Assembly: GCA_015680685.1 (NCBI GenBank)
Contig: MNCI01001065.1
Span: 428,602-492,601, forward strand
Origin: Gnetum montanum
Taxonomy: Eukaryota > Plantae > Gnetophyta
Direction of reading: 5' to 3'
Length of the DNA: 64,000 bases
Below are positions 8,979 through 23,565 of this stretch, piece after piece. Positions within the stretch are counted from its first letter, which is position 1. Every line of letters begins with the position of its first letter. Made by a program: the position numbers and the translations under genes. Under the pieces are notes generated by a model that worked only from the letters and a program-made list of their open reading frames with translations, searched no databases and was not told the origin of the DNA.

Positions 8979-11544
8979 AATTTCCCCTCAATTGGTGCAT
9001 TTTATTGAAAGCATCTAAAAGATAGAAAAAGAAGAATTAATTACAAATAACACTCTAAACTTATAAATTCTTGAACTTTTAATATTCTTCCATACTAAGA
9101 GGCTTAGTCATTATATCTAGAATTTGATTAGCAGTGGGAAGATCTACAAGCTTGATTACCTACATTTGAATCAATTCTCTAATTTTATAGACTTTCCCAT
9201 GAAAATGTTTCATCTTATCATGATGCACCAAAGTCTAGGCTATTTTAATAGCACCTTGACTATTAACCTAGAAATGTATTCCATCCTTCTGTAAAATGCC
9301 AAAAACATCAAGGAGCTTTCTCAACAAAACAATCTTTTTATTGGCTTCCCATGCTCCTATGTATTCTTCTTTAGCAAAAGAAGCAACTACTAATTTTTGC
9401 TTTTTAGATCTCCAAGTAATAAAAGAATCTTCTAAAAATGTTACAGATCTAGATGTAGATTAAGAAGTATTTGTATCTCCAACATAATTAGAACCTAAAT
9501 AATCTTTTAAATGAAAATTTGAATTTCTTCTATAAAAAGCCCTAAGTGTGTAGTCTTTGTAAGGTATTTAAGCACATGAAGAGACAAATCCATGTGGCTT
9601 TAATATGAAGTCTACATATATCTAAATAAAACACTAACAACATAAGCAATATCAAGTCGAGTGATAGTTAAATATATAACACTATCAAGTAGCCTTATAC
9701 ACTTTGTTGCATCAACAAGTTTAGTACCATCATTTGAACTTAGCTTGTTTCCATATTTCATAAGAATAATAATGTGATAAGCGTGCATTATATTGAAATA
9801 TCAAAGAATATTTTTAATGTATTTTCTTTCAGTAAGAATGATGCTCTTGTTTGTTTGTAATATCTCTACTCCAAGGTAAAAATTGGCAAGACCATGATCA
9901 AAGATTTGAAAAATCAAGCCCAAGTTATTCTTAAGTTCTTTTACTTCTTCTTCATCATTACCCATTATCAACATATCATCCACAAAGATAGTAACACAAC
10001 TAATCTTTTCTTCACTTATCTTGGTAAAAAGAATAGCATCAATATCTTGATAGTTACATAACATAAATCCTATGGATTTCATATATGATGGTAGCTTCTT
10101 ATACCAAGCACTAGAAGCTTGTTTAAAGTCATATAGAGACTTTATCAAATAACAAATCTTTTTTTCTTCACTAAGAATTTCAAAGCCCTTAGGTTGAAGC
10201 ATGTAGATTTCTTCTTCAAGATCACCATTCAAGAAAATTTTTTTAACACCTAAGTGATGTAACTTCCATTCCTTTTGAGATGCTAAGGCTATAAGAGTTC
10301 TAATAGTTTCTCATTTAGCAATTAAAGCAAAAATTTCTTTAAATTTAATACCTTCTTGTTGTTAGAAGCCAATGGCAACAAGACAAGCTTTGTGTTTATC
10401 TAATGTACCGTCGTCATTATATTTGGTTTGATAAATCCTTTTTTTTTTTTGGAAAAGGTTTATTTTCAAAAGGTAAATCTACCAACTCCCATGTATTATT
10501 TTCTATTAAAGCTTGATATTCTAGCTTGATTACTTTTCTCCAATGAGCATATTGATTTGCTTAGAGAATGTATAAGATTCATCATCAAAAGTTTAATGAA
10601 GTTCATCTTATACTTAATGATTTTCAATTTATGTATATATATTACACAAACATCTAAGCTTAGTCAAATTTTCTTCCCCATTTATCTCGACATTTTCTTC
10701 ATCATTGGACTCTTTAGATGAGCTAGAGGTACATTGATTTTATTGCTAATTTTTTGATGATGATTCATGAGTAATCACTTGTTAATTTGTAATATCTTCT
10801 AGATAAATAGTTCAGTTATCATCATCATCATTTTTAATTTTCTTTCCCACCTCCCCACCCCTCCATTTCAACAACAGGAAGATGAATGTCCTTAAGAATG
10901 ACTGGTTGTGGAGCTTCAAAATGTTAAGGAATAAACTTGATTTTATCTCCTATTTCAAAGATGATGACATCATGAGATATGATGATCATGCATCTAGAAG
11001 GAATTACAACTCAATATTTTTTTTATCAAGCATATATTTCACAAAGATAGCCTCTATAACATGAGCATCTAACTTACTTTTCTATTCTTTTGGGATGTAA
11101 ACATAACATGAACATTCAAAAATATAGAGATGAGTGAGAGTTTTTTTGTAATTACACCATTTCTAATATGAAGATTCTCCTTCTTAACTAACTTGACCAA
11201 TGTAATTGCTTAGAAAAATTAATATGCTAATGGCTTTAGCCCATAAGTAAGATTGAAAAATTAGGTACTCCATCATGGAATGAGCCATATCCATGAGAGT
11301 TCTATTAAATCTCTCAGCTACACCATTTTGTTGAGGTGTACTAGGAATTTTTTTATAATGATGGATATCTTCATCTTACAAAAACGGTGAGAAAGCATGG
11401 AAAGTATATTCTCCTTCATTATTTGAGTGAAGAGTCTTGATAAAACAACCTGATTCTTTTTCTACTTAAGCCTTGAAAGCCTTTAACATCATAAGATCAT
11501 CAAAATATATTTGATTAAATAGATCCACCTACATTGGCTATAGC

Positions 11545-12394
11545 TGATGAGTAGTGTAGCAATTCAACACCCAACCATATAAGTCACAAGTATCCATGCA
11601 TGACCTAATAATAATTGGTGGATGAGGTAGTGTTAATATGCTAGTAATTGGGTTAAGTTTGAGACCATTATCTTCACACATAGAGCTAGTGAAGTTTATG
11701 TGTATCATTTAGCTCATCGTGAGGTATAGGATAGCTAATGTTGTTTGGCCAATATTACTCCTAGTAAACATGGTAAACATGGAAATGATTTCTAAGTCTA
11801 AGTAAAATGAATAAATAGTTCTATCCTAGCCTATGGTGATGAGCATCCACTCCTAATCTTCCATACACACCTTGGGCTTTTTGTAACCACTACTAGAATA
11901 CCAAGTGTACTACTACTAGGCATATCAAGTGATAACACTACTAGGTTACCAAGCAATTGCACTTAAGTGATTGAGGTCAATCACACTAATTTTTCTTATT
12001 AATAATAGCAACAATAAAGTGCATGAAAAAAGTAAAACATTAACTAGAAAATAGTAAACATTATTCTAAGTAAAATGATAAACTAGAAGAATGCTACAAT
12101 AGTGAGAAATAGCTCAATCTTTATTTCTAGTCACACTTGTGCCTAAGTACAAAATGTTTGAGTAAAGATGTCATTGACTAAGTCACACTACACTGTGGAA
12201 ATTCATACTTCTATTTGTTAAGCCTAAGTGCATGAAATGAAATTACAACAATTATGTTACTAGTGCAATAAAACTTATGTAGATTGTGCATCCAAGTGTC
12301 ATATTTATAGGGTTGCATACATCCCAAGATATCATATCAATGATGATGTCACATGTGCTACGATATCATTGGTCATGAAAAATTAACTTTATCA
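11545..12394 (-). repeat. Element A 3' LTR
   Basis: TG...CA, aligns with 23566-24455, PPT adjacent at 12395-12403. Confidence 0.92.
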
Positions 12395-12641
12395 TACCCC
12401 CATGACTAATTGGAAACTTGTCCTTAAGTTAAAACAAAATGAGGATATAGTCCCTTACAAAATTGAAAGGTAGATTTAACTATTTAGGATTGACTAACTA
12501 TAGACAAGACACTGAATGTCACAATGGTTTTTTATAAATTTTAGACACAATTGTATGACAAAACAACAAAATGGAATAAAACTAATGAAACCCAATGTAG
12601 CCTAAGTAGTGCCCAGTGATGGTAGCTCCTTTATCGACTAC

Positions 12642-15363
12642 TTTTCCTTATCATCAAAATTCTAAAACTTGTATCTATTAAGAAGCTCCTGAAGCTTCTC
12701 TTCCACCATTTTCAGGTCAGGTACACTTCATGCTGATTGGATGATGTGTGATGGAACCGATACATCCCATGGACATGGAAGTTATAGAAACATCTGATTT
12801 GCTTTTACATACCATGTTGAAAATTGCCTTCTTTCTTCTTCAAATGCTCTAGCCATTTTATGCAATTCTTGGTAATTGAACATTCTTTTGTTTAGGTTGG
12901 TTGCAACATCCTTTTGGCCCTAATAGCTAGCTTTGATCGCTTCTAATTTATAGTTTTCCACATGTAGCTTCTGTAAGGCATCATTTCAATCTACAAAATC
13001 TTTTTGATACAATGCATACATAATTGTCACTTACTATTCAAGTTCATTATTAGGTCTGACTATTGTCAACATGGCTAAGTTAGCATATCATAGATTTGCT
13101 AACCCCATGTATTCTGTTAAGTCCTTAATCGGTAGGTCTTTGTTCTTAATTTTTGCTTGGTGGACATGAGCCATGTTATCCAAGATGGGCTACTAGTCTA
13201 GATTCTATATTGATATTGAGTTGATTTGGGTCCTAGCCATTTGGATTTATTTTTCATTGATCTATTCATGCATGCCCACTTGATTGTGGAAATGTTCCTT
13301 GAGCCTTTCATGCCTTTTTTCCTCATTCTATGACATGCTTATTTCTATAGCTAGTTTTTGTCTACTTGCATGTACCTCCTCCATGGAGAGGGTTCGATTC
13401 TCTCATGTGAGGTAACTCATATCTTAGTTGATCCTCACCAGTTATTTTCTTAACTAATGGATGCTTTCTTCAAGAATGTTTTTCTATTTCTCCATAGTGG
13501 TCAACTGAGTATTATCTGCAACCAACTATTTATTTTCCTTATGTAATGTAATGAGTGCCTTAGCAAGTGTGTATGTTTATGCTTTTGCTACTAAGGCATT
13601 CCACACTACCTTCTTCTTCTCTTTCTCCATCTACTTATTGAGGTCGACAAGGTGACTAATGTGTTCTATTTTGAATTAGTCCAGTTGGTTAGGTGCAATG
13701 AACTGAGTGGGATCTCTCCTTTCTGCCCTCAAGGTCATAAGATTTTCTTGTAATCTGTGAACTTCATTTTCTGCATGCTCCACCCTAGTTTTTACCATGA
13801 CCAGCTTTTCTTTGGTGGCTATTAAGTCTAAATAAATTGTAGTGACATCACTTGGGATGTCAAAAATATTTTTCATAACATGTCCCATCTATAGCAATCA
13901 ATCAAGCACATCCTCATGATCTGCAAGAGTCATCGACATACTAGCTAGCATTTGAACATCTCCAGCTCTAGAAAGATTTTCTAGTAACATAATATGAACA
14001 TTGAAGGATTATTTTATGTGATTTTTAATCATTTATGTGGCTTTTGCTGCATCTTGATGCTTCATAATCATAATTGTGGCTACTTCTCCAGTTTCAAGTA
14101 ATAGTTGGAATGATGTAGTGTTTCTGAAAATCTGTTGTGGCCAGCCTCCCCTTCCTCCTAACTATAATGAAATTTGGACACTACTAAGAATCCTTGAGAT
14201 GGTTGACCTAACTACATCATCAACTACTTTATATAGACTAGCCTCCTCACATGTTCCTCAGTTAATAGTCTCTGCAATTTTCTACAGATGACTCATTGAA
14301 GGCCTATAATGTTATTGCAGTGGTAGTGGAACTTGTTATTGCTATTGCTCTTATTATAGTTGTTCTTTCTACTAGCCACTTAGTCCTACTTACTATTGTT
14401 GCTAAGTACTCTAAGTGGTTTCCTCAATGCCTATTTTTTTCCACTTAATCCTTGTTTGGAGGCATTGGCTTAAGCATTTCAACATAGGAATCATTTTGAG
14501 CCTTCCTAAGGACACCATTGGTGTATCCTTGGATGCTAGCTTGCTTACACAATTTTCTAATAAGGCAAGGGAATGGAAGTATCAACTTCCCTACCTTTTT
14601 CTCCTCAAACCGCCATTGGATCTCAAGGAAGTAGAGGTGTGAAATACTTTCATTAAATTTTTCCATTAAGATCACACTTCTTCTAGCCACATATGTTGAA
14701 ATTCTATAAAATCTTTGTATGGGAAACAACTGTTAAGTACCAATTTTGAAATAGATTTTCTCTTATGCAATCAGCTCACTATAATATTTATCCTCTTTGC
14801 CATATGCCCGTTGCATCTGTATCAAATCTAGTGGATAGTTGTATCACCTTTGCCCCTTTGTTGGGCACATTGAGTGCTTTAGCAATTTTCTTAACCAAGT
14901 TATACACTGAGACTTCCTCAATATTCACCATAGCATCTGCTTGTTTATTCTTCCAAAATTGAAGTGTTTTTCCTAAGTACCAATCTCCAAGTATTGTCAA
15001 AGTGGGCCATAAGGGAGATGATTGGAGTTGGGTTTTGATAGTATCTAAGGCAAACTTCATGAATGGACCAAAGTTGAGTTCCACAATCATATTAGACATG
15101 ATAGATTTTTCTTGAATAGCCTCAAGGAATTCAAGTGACAATGTGAGCTATTGTCCTTATTCTGGCACCTATGGAACTTTTGCCTCTACCTGGGTAGATT
15201 GCTCTATAGTCGAGATTTGCTGATGAATGCTAAAAGATTATGCCTCCTACTTAACCTATTTTTCTTGTAGGGTTTGTTCCCTCATTCGACCTCTTCCTTG
15301 GCCTCTTGGCCTTCTGATTCCCCTTTATGAGGGTCCTTCATTTGCTCCTCTCTTTGGGACCAT
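12642..15363 (-). pseudogene. Element A 3' extra ORF (env-position, ~900 codons, coiled-coil rich)
   Basis: Starts TTGTAG|ATG GTC CCA AAG AGA (MVPKRGANEGPS...). Includes ORF fragments 14788..15141, 14445..14729 and 13676..13888, and ends ...RAFEEERRQFSTWYVKANQMFL*LPCPWDV...EEKLQELL...DDKEK. Many stops are consistent with CAG/CAA deamination. Confidence 0.7.
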
Positions 15364-18300
15364 CTACAATCATCAAAGGTTTAGAAATTATTAAAATGTA
15401 TACACTAATTCTTGATAACTCCTTTCCTTACTCATACCCTTCATTAGATCAAGTTCTTATCTTATTATTATTGCAGAGTTAGAAAATTTTTCAAGAAAGA
15501 ACCCCCTTAGTTGTTATTTCCCTTTCAACCCTTTGTAGTTATCAATTTTTCTCTTATATATGATCCAAAATAGTTTGGATAGTACATTAAGAGGATTGTT
15601 TAAGTGTTTCTAGCCTTGGGTTGCTTAAAAAGTTTAAAAATTCTTATTATTCTCTTATACTTGCCCTTTATGATATCTTCTGGGCATTAGGATTTTTTGG
15701 CTCAAACTTCAACAATATCATGCTAAGTAGCCCCCCACAACTAAGTTAAGAGCTTCGTGATCAACAAGGTTTGAGAATTTTTGAAATTGAAGCCACAATG
15801 ATCAAGTTATGAGCATTGGAAGTTAGGGTGTTAGAGCTCTTTGTTGGAAAGAAAAAATGGCAAAAACTCTCTTGTTATGGAAAATGATAAATGAATTTTT
15901 TTTCTAACTCCCAATCACTATATACACTAATTATATGCATGATATCGTAGATCATACATCGTACATATGATATCATAGAACATTCAATATCATAGCTATG
16001 ATATCATTATTGAAATTTTCAAATTTCTCTTGGGATCTTTGAGAACAAGGTGAGTCAAATCAAATGTCTAGAAGATATGAAGCATGTTTAGAGGATCTTG
16101 GGATAGATATGATGCTTTGGTTGGAAAAAATAAGCATTGAAATTTTATGATAAAGGAATTTGAGACTATGAAAGTTTATTATGTATAAGATGGATGAGAA
16201 GGGAATGAATTTTTGGCATATAAATGAAGCTATTGGATGTTAAGGGAAGAATTTATTGATATTTATTATTCGTGGAACACTCAAGATGATATGGTATTGC
16301 TTGCGAAATATGAAATACAATAGTTATACATGTGGATCCTCCCCAAAGTAGGCTTCAGTCCTTAGTGCCCTTATTTAACCATGCCTCAACGTGTCTGTAG
16401 GCACTCAAGGAGTTGAATGTAATGCATACTTGTCTAGCAAAACACACATGTTAGTAGTACTAGGTTGGAAAAATTATGCTATATTCTACAAAACTATAAG
16501 TAATGATTAATTGTATAGTCAAGTGGAATGGATTATAAAAAGGATTGCTGAAATCAGGAAATGAGGTGTCTTACCATAAGCATAATGAATTCTTGTGTAT
16601 TATTGATGGTTAAAGTAATCACTAGCCTTTTTGTCCAAGCTCAAAACCAAGTCCTAACCACTGTCCAATGACATCGCATTGTTTCACCTCTTAGATTCAT
16701 AACCATAAGACTACCACAGTTACGAGTATCATCACTTATCATTGTATCCAAGGGAGAAGTTTATTCATTGCACTATTCTTTATTTTGAAATTTCTGAGAA
16801 GCCATCTACCTTCAGGCATGGGTAACATATCTTTCCAATGTGACCCCAAAAAATTTATTCTACGCATGAGTTGTATTTTTATTTGTGTCAACCTTACCAA
16901 AGGACTACCTTCAAGCATGGGTAACATGTCTTTTCAGTGACATGCTAAGGTAGCACTTATTGTACTCTTACTTCCATTTTTTTATTTAGATCTACAAGGA
17001 TATAATTACAACCTTGACAACATGATAGAATATACGGTAGTGGTCCAATAGATTCCACAAATACCCTTGATATCACACCCTTCACATTCCCACTTGGTTC
17101 TTTACTTTTCTATCTCAACATAATGATCAAAAGGTTATTCTTAGTTTTATGATGAGAAAGAATATCATTATGGCCATGGTAAGAACCTCTTATTATTTGA
17201 ATGGATGGATGGATGTTGTGGTCACATTGTGCAAACAATCAATTCCTTATGACTCGATAACATAGAGAGATCATCACCTTATTTGAGACCACATCTTGCC
17301 TTATTCATGGTGTTTTATTAATGATTGAACAAAAATATGTACAAGTAAAATGGAAACAAGGTATGAATAAAAAGATGAAAAGAATGGAAAACGTTAAAAT
17401 AATAAAAAATCATCAAAGAATTGGAAAAATGTCAAAGAACTAAGAAATTATCAAGAAATTGAAAAGTAGAAAAGAATGTGAAAAATTGAAAAGTAGAAAA
17501 GCATGTGAAAAATTAAAAAGAAAGTAAAAAATCTAGTAAAGTATGTACATGTCTAGATGGACACCTACATGACTATCATTAGGATTAGTCAAAAAAAAAA
17601 AAAAAAGAGAACAAGTAGAAGACTCTAGGACATATTGAGTAGATTCCTTGGAATGTTCATGGTAGAATTTGAGTTGATGAATATTAACAAGAAAGAGCTT
17701 TTGTGGATAGGATGGGTGATATATGTGAAAGGCATCCAATGGATAAGTTTCTTGAATAATATACAGTCCCTCCCAAAGTGTTTGAAATTTGGCTTTCTGG
17801 GGTACATGGTTTGGATTGTAATAAAGGACCTTGTTACCTAGTTTTATGAACACTTGCCTTATCCATGTATCATGCCTAAGTTTGGAGTAATGTTTGTGGA
17901 CTTCATTGCTCATGATTGCTACAAGCCTATTTTCTTCTAAGAGGTTTAGGTTCATGAGGTGTTCTTGTTAAGCTAAGTTCAAATCAAGCTTAAGTTAACT
18001 AGAAGTAGCTAAAGTGTGAATCTTTGCCTAGATCGGGAGTGTTGGTAACTTACCATAGACTAACTCATATGGTGAGTATCCTATAGGTAACTTCCATGGT
18101 GTCCTATAGACCCATAGAGCATCATTTAGTTTAGTGCTCCAATCCTTCCTAAACCTACTAACCATCTTAGTGAGTATCCTAATAATTTCTTGGTTAGTAA
18201 CTTCAACTTGACCATTTTCTTGGGGATGATATAGGGTGATAAACTTATGGTTCACCCCAATTTATTGCGTGAGCTTTTTAAACATAGCACTAGTGAAGTG

Positions 18301-21300
18301 AGTCCCATTATCTGATATGAGCATTCTCAGTACTCCAAATCTATTCACCACATGTTATTGGAAAAACTTAGCAGCTGTCTTGGCTATGCAATCTATAACT
18401 ACTACTACCTCTACCCACTTTGTACAATAATCCATAGTCACAATTACATATTCCTTTCCATTTGACATTGGCATTATGGATCCCATGAAATCAATTCTCC
18501 ATATATCAAATGACTCAAATGGTTATAACCATTGTTGTGGTCCTTCATATCTAGCTATAATTTCTCCATCCCTTTGCCATCGTTCACAAGTTTACATGAA
18601 ACTATGAATGTCTTTAAATAATGTAGGCCAAAAGTATCCTACCATCATTAGCTTGAGTGTCATTCAACTTCCCACATAGTGGCCACCACATGGACCTTCA
18701 TGGGCATCTTGTAGAACTCTCTATTGATCATGTTCTAGCACACACCATCTAACTAGTCCATTTGCATAGATCTTGTACAAATTATCATTTATTTCCATAT
18801 ATCTTTTTACACTATGAAAGAATTTTTCCTTTTATTTCTTATTCCATTTAGCAAGAATCTCTTGTGTTGATAGGTAGGTCAAATATTTTGTTGTCCATGG
18901 CTTCCCTGTCGAACTTACAACCTTCACTATTTTGGTAAATAGGTCTTGATTAAGGAACTAGTCAAGTAAAGGTTTCACTTAATCTTGGGAATTCCACTTT
19001 AGCCTTGATAAATGATTAGCTACCACATTTTCTATGTCCTTATTATGGATTATAGTGATGTCAACTTCTTGCAGAATAACAAGTCATCTAATCACTCTAG
19101 GACTAACCACTAGTTTGTTAATGAAAAATTGAATGGCATTATGATTAGTATGGACATAAATTTAACACCCAAGCACATAATGTCTAAACTTATCAAGTGC
19201 ATACACCATAGCCATTAGCTCCTTTTCTATTGTGATGTAATTTAGTTGTGGCCTGGTATGCTTTTACTAGCATAGTATATATAGTATGGTAGCTTCTAAT
19301 CATCTAACTATGTTAGTACTGCACCAAGTGCATAGCTGGAAGCATCGATCATGATGTGAAAAGGCTTGGACCAATCCAAAGCTTAAAGGATTAGTGTCTC
19401 AATTAGTTTCTACTTCAGAGTGTCAAATGCCTTTTTGCATGACTCTATCCATTCGAAGGATGCATTCTTCTTAGTGAGTTCCACTAGTGATTTTGCTATC
19501 TTTGAAAATTTCTTTATGAATCTTCAATAATATCCCATATGACCCAAAAATGATCTAACATCTTTTACTATTTTTGTCCTCTGAGTGATGTTTTGTATGA
19601 CTAGTCTCTTGAAGGTGGTGGACGCATTACAAAAACCAAATGGCATCTATTTGTAAGCAGACATTCCCCATGGACTAGTGAACATTGTTTTCTCCTAGTC
19701 CTTAGGTACAATGCGAATCTAGTTGTATCCATTGTATCCATATAAAAAACTATAGTACTCATGTCCTATGATAATATCAAAGACTTGGTCAAAAAATGGT
19801 AGAGGAAAGTGATCCTTGAATGTAGCAACATTCAAAAATCAAAAATCATTAAAGAACTGACCCATTTGCTATTTGCAATAGGAGAGATGAATCCTACCTT
19901 TAGTAATTTATCCAATTCCTGATTGACTACTTCTTTTAGTTTAGGGTTGAGCCTTCTTTGGGGTTTCCATCGTGGTTTGACTGCAGGATCAATATATATC
20001 CAATGTTAAAAAATTCTTAGATCAATTCATGTGATCTCATTGTAAGACCACGTAAATGCTATGGGTCACTTGTTGACTACTTTTAGCAACCTATTCTTTT
20101 TTTATTCTTTTAAATTAGTGTTGATTATTACTAACTTCTTATTATTCAAGATGGCATACTCTAATGTTGCTAATAGGGCCTTTAATTCCAATGGTTCTAT
20201 CTCCACAGTGTCTAGGATCTCTAATTGTCCCCAGTCTATTTCTTCTTCCTAACTTATTCATGGGTAGAAGTGCCTTTTCCTTAATTGCTCTAGCTTATCA
20301 ACCTCTTTAATGTAGGCATTAATAATTTGATCTGTTGGTTCCATGTATTTTTCAAATTCAATGTCTTTATTTGTGATTAGCCACTAGGTGCCTTCTTGTT
20401 ATATGGTTGCCACATACAGACATTTTTGCATACATATTTCTTCTATACATATATTGCATGCCCTATTATCTTTTTGTTTAATGGCCCATATCCTCTTCAT
20501 GTGATGAATCCATTATCACTGTATGTAGTACATGGTTCTCTTCATCTTTTTATGATGTTAGCTTCATCTTCCTTTGAGATTTCCAAGGACAAGTTGCAAA
20601 TACCAAGCTTAGCATCAATAATGCTAAGCCAAGATCTTCCCATGATGATTGAGAATTCTCCCTTATTTTTACCAACATAAATTACCAAAAAATATGTAGA
20701 GTAAGACCAACCACTAATGGTCATGATCACATCGTTCACTTGTCCTAGTGGAACTATGATTGACTGGCATGCATGCTATAACCAAATGTTGCTTTTGTTC
20801 AATGATGGAAGATTCCAGGCTTGATACATGTCTTGAGAGATCAGGTTTACTCTTGACCTTGAATCAAGGAGAGCCTTACATAGTTTCTTCCTTACTACTT
20901 GAATGTAAACTAAGGAACTCCTTCTCTGGAAGGGCTCCTACCTTTATCTAATAAATGAATTTTTGAATAAGCATGATAATAGTTGTATTGGTGCTTGACG
21001 ATGAGAAAATCTGGTTATTCTTTAGAGGGTGGGAAATGGATGGGATGGAAGTAGATGTGATCCTCATTCTTTGAACCTTTTTAGGACTCTCTTGGAAGAA
21101 TAATCATTTCTTGGATTGTGGTTCACATGTGATAACTTCTTCTTGCATGTTGACTATCCTTGTTGCACTTTTTTGTTGTGGTTCAAATGACAATTTTCCC
21201 TACATGATAGAAGGTGGCATCGTCGATAGAAGATTGGAATGTTAATTGGAAGATCCAGCTACAAATGGATGCATGTACAAGTTTAAATCTATCCTGGCAG

Positions 21301-23565
21301 TGTTGGTCTATGGTACTTAGTGGGATAATATTGTGAAGTCTAAACAACAGCATTACCAAGACAGATTGGACATTGTAGGTAGTATCGATATGGGTCTAGC
21401 AACTAGTATGAATATTATTGATGTGATGGTGGCATGACCCATGATTGGCGTTGTTTCCACTACTGATGGTATTGCTCTTATGATTGTGGATAAGCTCCAT
21501 TAGGATAGTATGTAGGTTGGAAGTTTTGCCTATAGTTACCTTGAGGATAAGACAACCTTTTGGGCATCTATTTCTTGATAAATTTGGGATTAAGTGCATA
21601 TGCCCATTTCTTGTAAGTGTGTCATAACTAGAAAATATCCTTTGAGATGTTCATATTAGCATACAACACATCCTTCATCATCTTTAGAGCTTATGTTTAA
21701 ACACTTAGCCACTAAAGCCACTTTACCCTTTTTTCCAAACTCTCTCTTCTTTTTCTTGTTCTTGCCTTTACCAAAGACCTACTCATTTGGCTCCTCCATC
21801 ATCTTTAAATCCATTGTGAATTTCTCATCAACTAAGTTCCACATTTCTCTACCTTTACTACTATATTAGTGATAGATTTCTAGATAGGTAGAGTTTTCTT
21901 TTGAATTACCTGTTCCAAGGTCTCTTCTTCTTGTGTTACAAATTCTTGCATCCCTTTTATGGATAGATGGATCTATGCTATATTCTTCCGTTGATTCTCT
22001 TTTCATTAATTCTCCTTTCTTCTTTGCCACTTGGTTAATCAATCTCTGTATCTGATGGACACACATTTTGGACAATCAACCAATCAGCATAAAATCCATG
22101 ACCTGGACACATGTGCAATAGTGAATAATACCTATCCATTACTGCATCAAGGGATTAATGAGTTCCTTGCCTCCATCCTTGGATCTATTTCTGTAAATTA
22201 GACATCCATGAATAAGTTTGATATTTTTCATTCAAGAGCTTTAGCATGGTATTTCATCTTTTGATTGATTCTAGTGTAAGTGTTTTGTACTAGCTCTCAA
22301 CTTCTTTCACAAGTATCCATGGGAACAACTTTAGCTTTTGCCAATCACTTTCAATATTTTGTAGGGCACAGGCACCATGGAATGCTTGAAGGTGGTGTTG
22401 AGGATCAGCATTATAACCACCCTTAAATCTGGGCATATTTTTCATGTTATCCCTTAAGTACCTAGTTGAAATATAAATAGCTTCCCTAATGTTAATCATA
22501 CTTCAAGTAGCCAATAAGGGTTCATCATCATAATTGGGTTTGTGAGCTTTGTTGTAGTGGTACCCCCTTTGGTGCTCATGCCTTTATCTATCATCTCTCC
22601 TATCCCTACATCTTCTTTGTTCATAATCTTCATCTTCTCCATCAAAGTACCTTAGGTGATAGTCATGTTAATTATGAGTCCTTTTTTTCCTATCATGATC
22701 TCAATATATTTGTCTTCTCCTATTAGAGTTCACCAATGATTGGAAAGATGAAGATGAGGTAGTGGGAGAATAGTGTCAACTTATCTTCCTTTCATAACTA
22801 TGGTATTCTTATTTATGGGATCTAGCAAAAACTCTTGGCCTTGAGTCCTACTTACACTTTGAGTCTATTACCTCTCTTCTAGGTATCTCTACTAAGGTGG
22901 AATGCAATTGTACTTTAACAAGTTCCTCCAATCAAATGATAGGTGTTTGCAAATTGACCTCATGATTTTGGTGGACTTGTTCAGTGATGAACACATCACC
23001 ATCAGGTTCTTCTAAGGCCATCAAAGAGTTGATTTGCTTCCCCTCATTATGGAAATGTTTAATCTCTATGGTAGCATCTCTTTTCACTTGCTCCTTAGTG
23101 GGCTGATAGGGCCTTATCATGTGTTTGGTCACATGATACCCATCAAGTACATTACTTAGATTCATGTCCCTTAGAACTATTTGAAGCATGATGAACGCTA
23201 AGTGTTCTAAGGGTAGAACAATGTTACTCTAAAGATCTCTCCACTTTAGTTTCTTGTCTTAGTGAAAGATGAAAGTAAAATCAAGATAGTAAGGATCATG
23301 ATGAGCATATGAAATCCTTGCTTACATTGGCATACTTCATTCTTCTTTGTCACTAGTTCTGTCATTACCTCTTTTTGATTCTTTGGTAGGCAGTGATTTA
23401 TGTTTGATTGAAGCCATGTTGTGATTTTTAGACATTTTGATTAAGTGTTCTTAATTATTTAGAATAATTAAGAGATTATGAATTTTAACTCAAATTCTTG
23501 ATATAACAAACTTTATAAAATTAATTACTCAGCATACATTTATGCATCCTTGGTAATGGTGTCAA

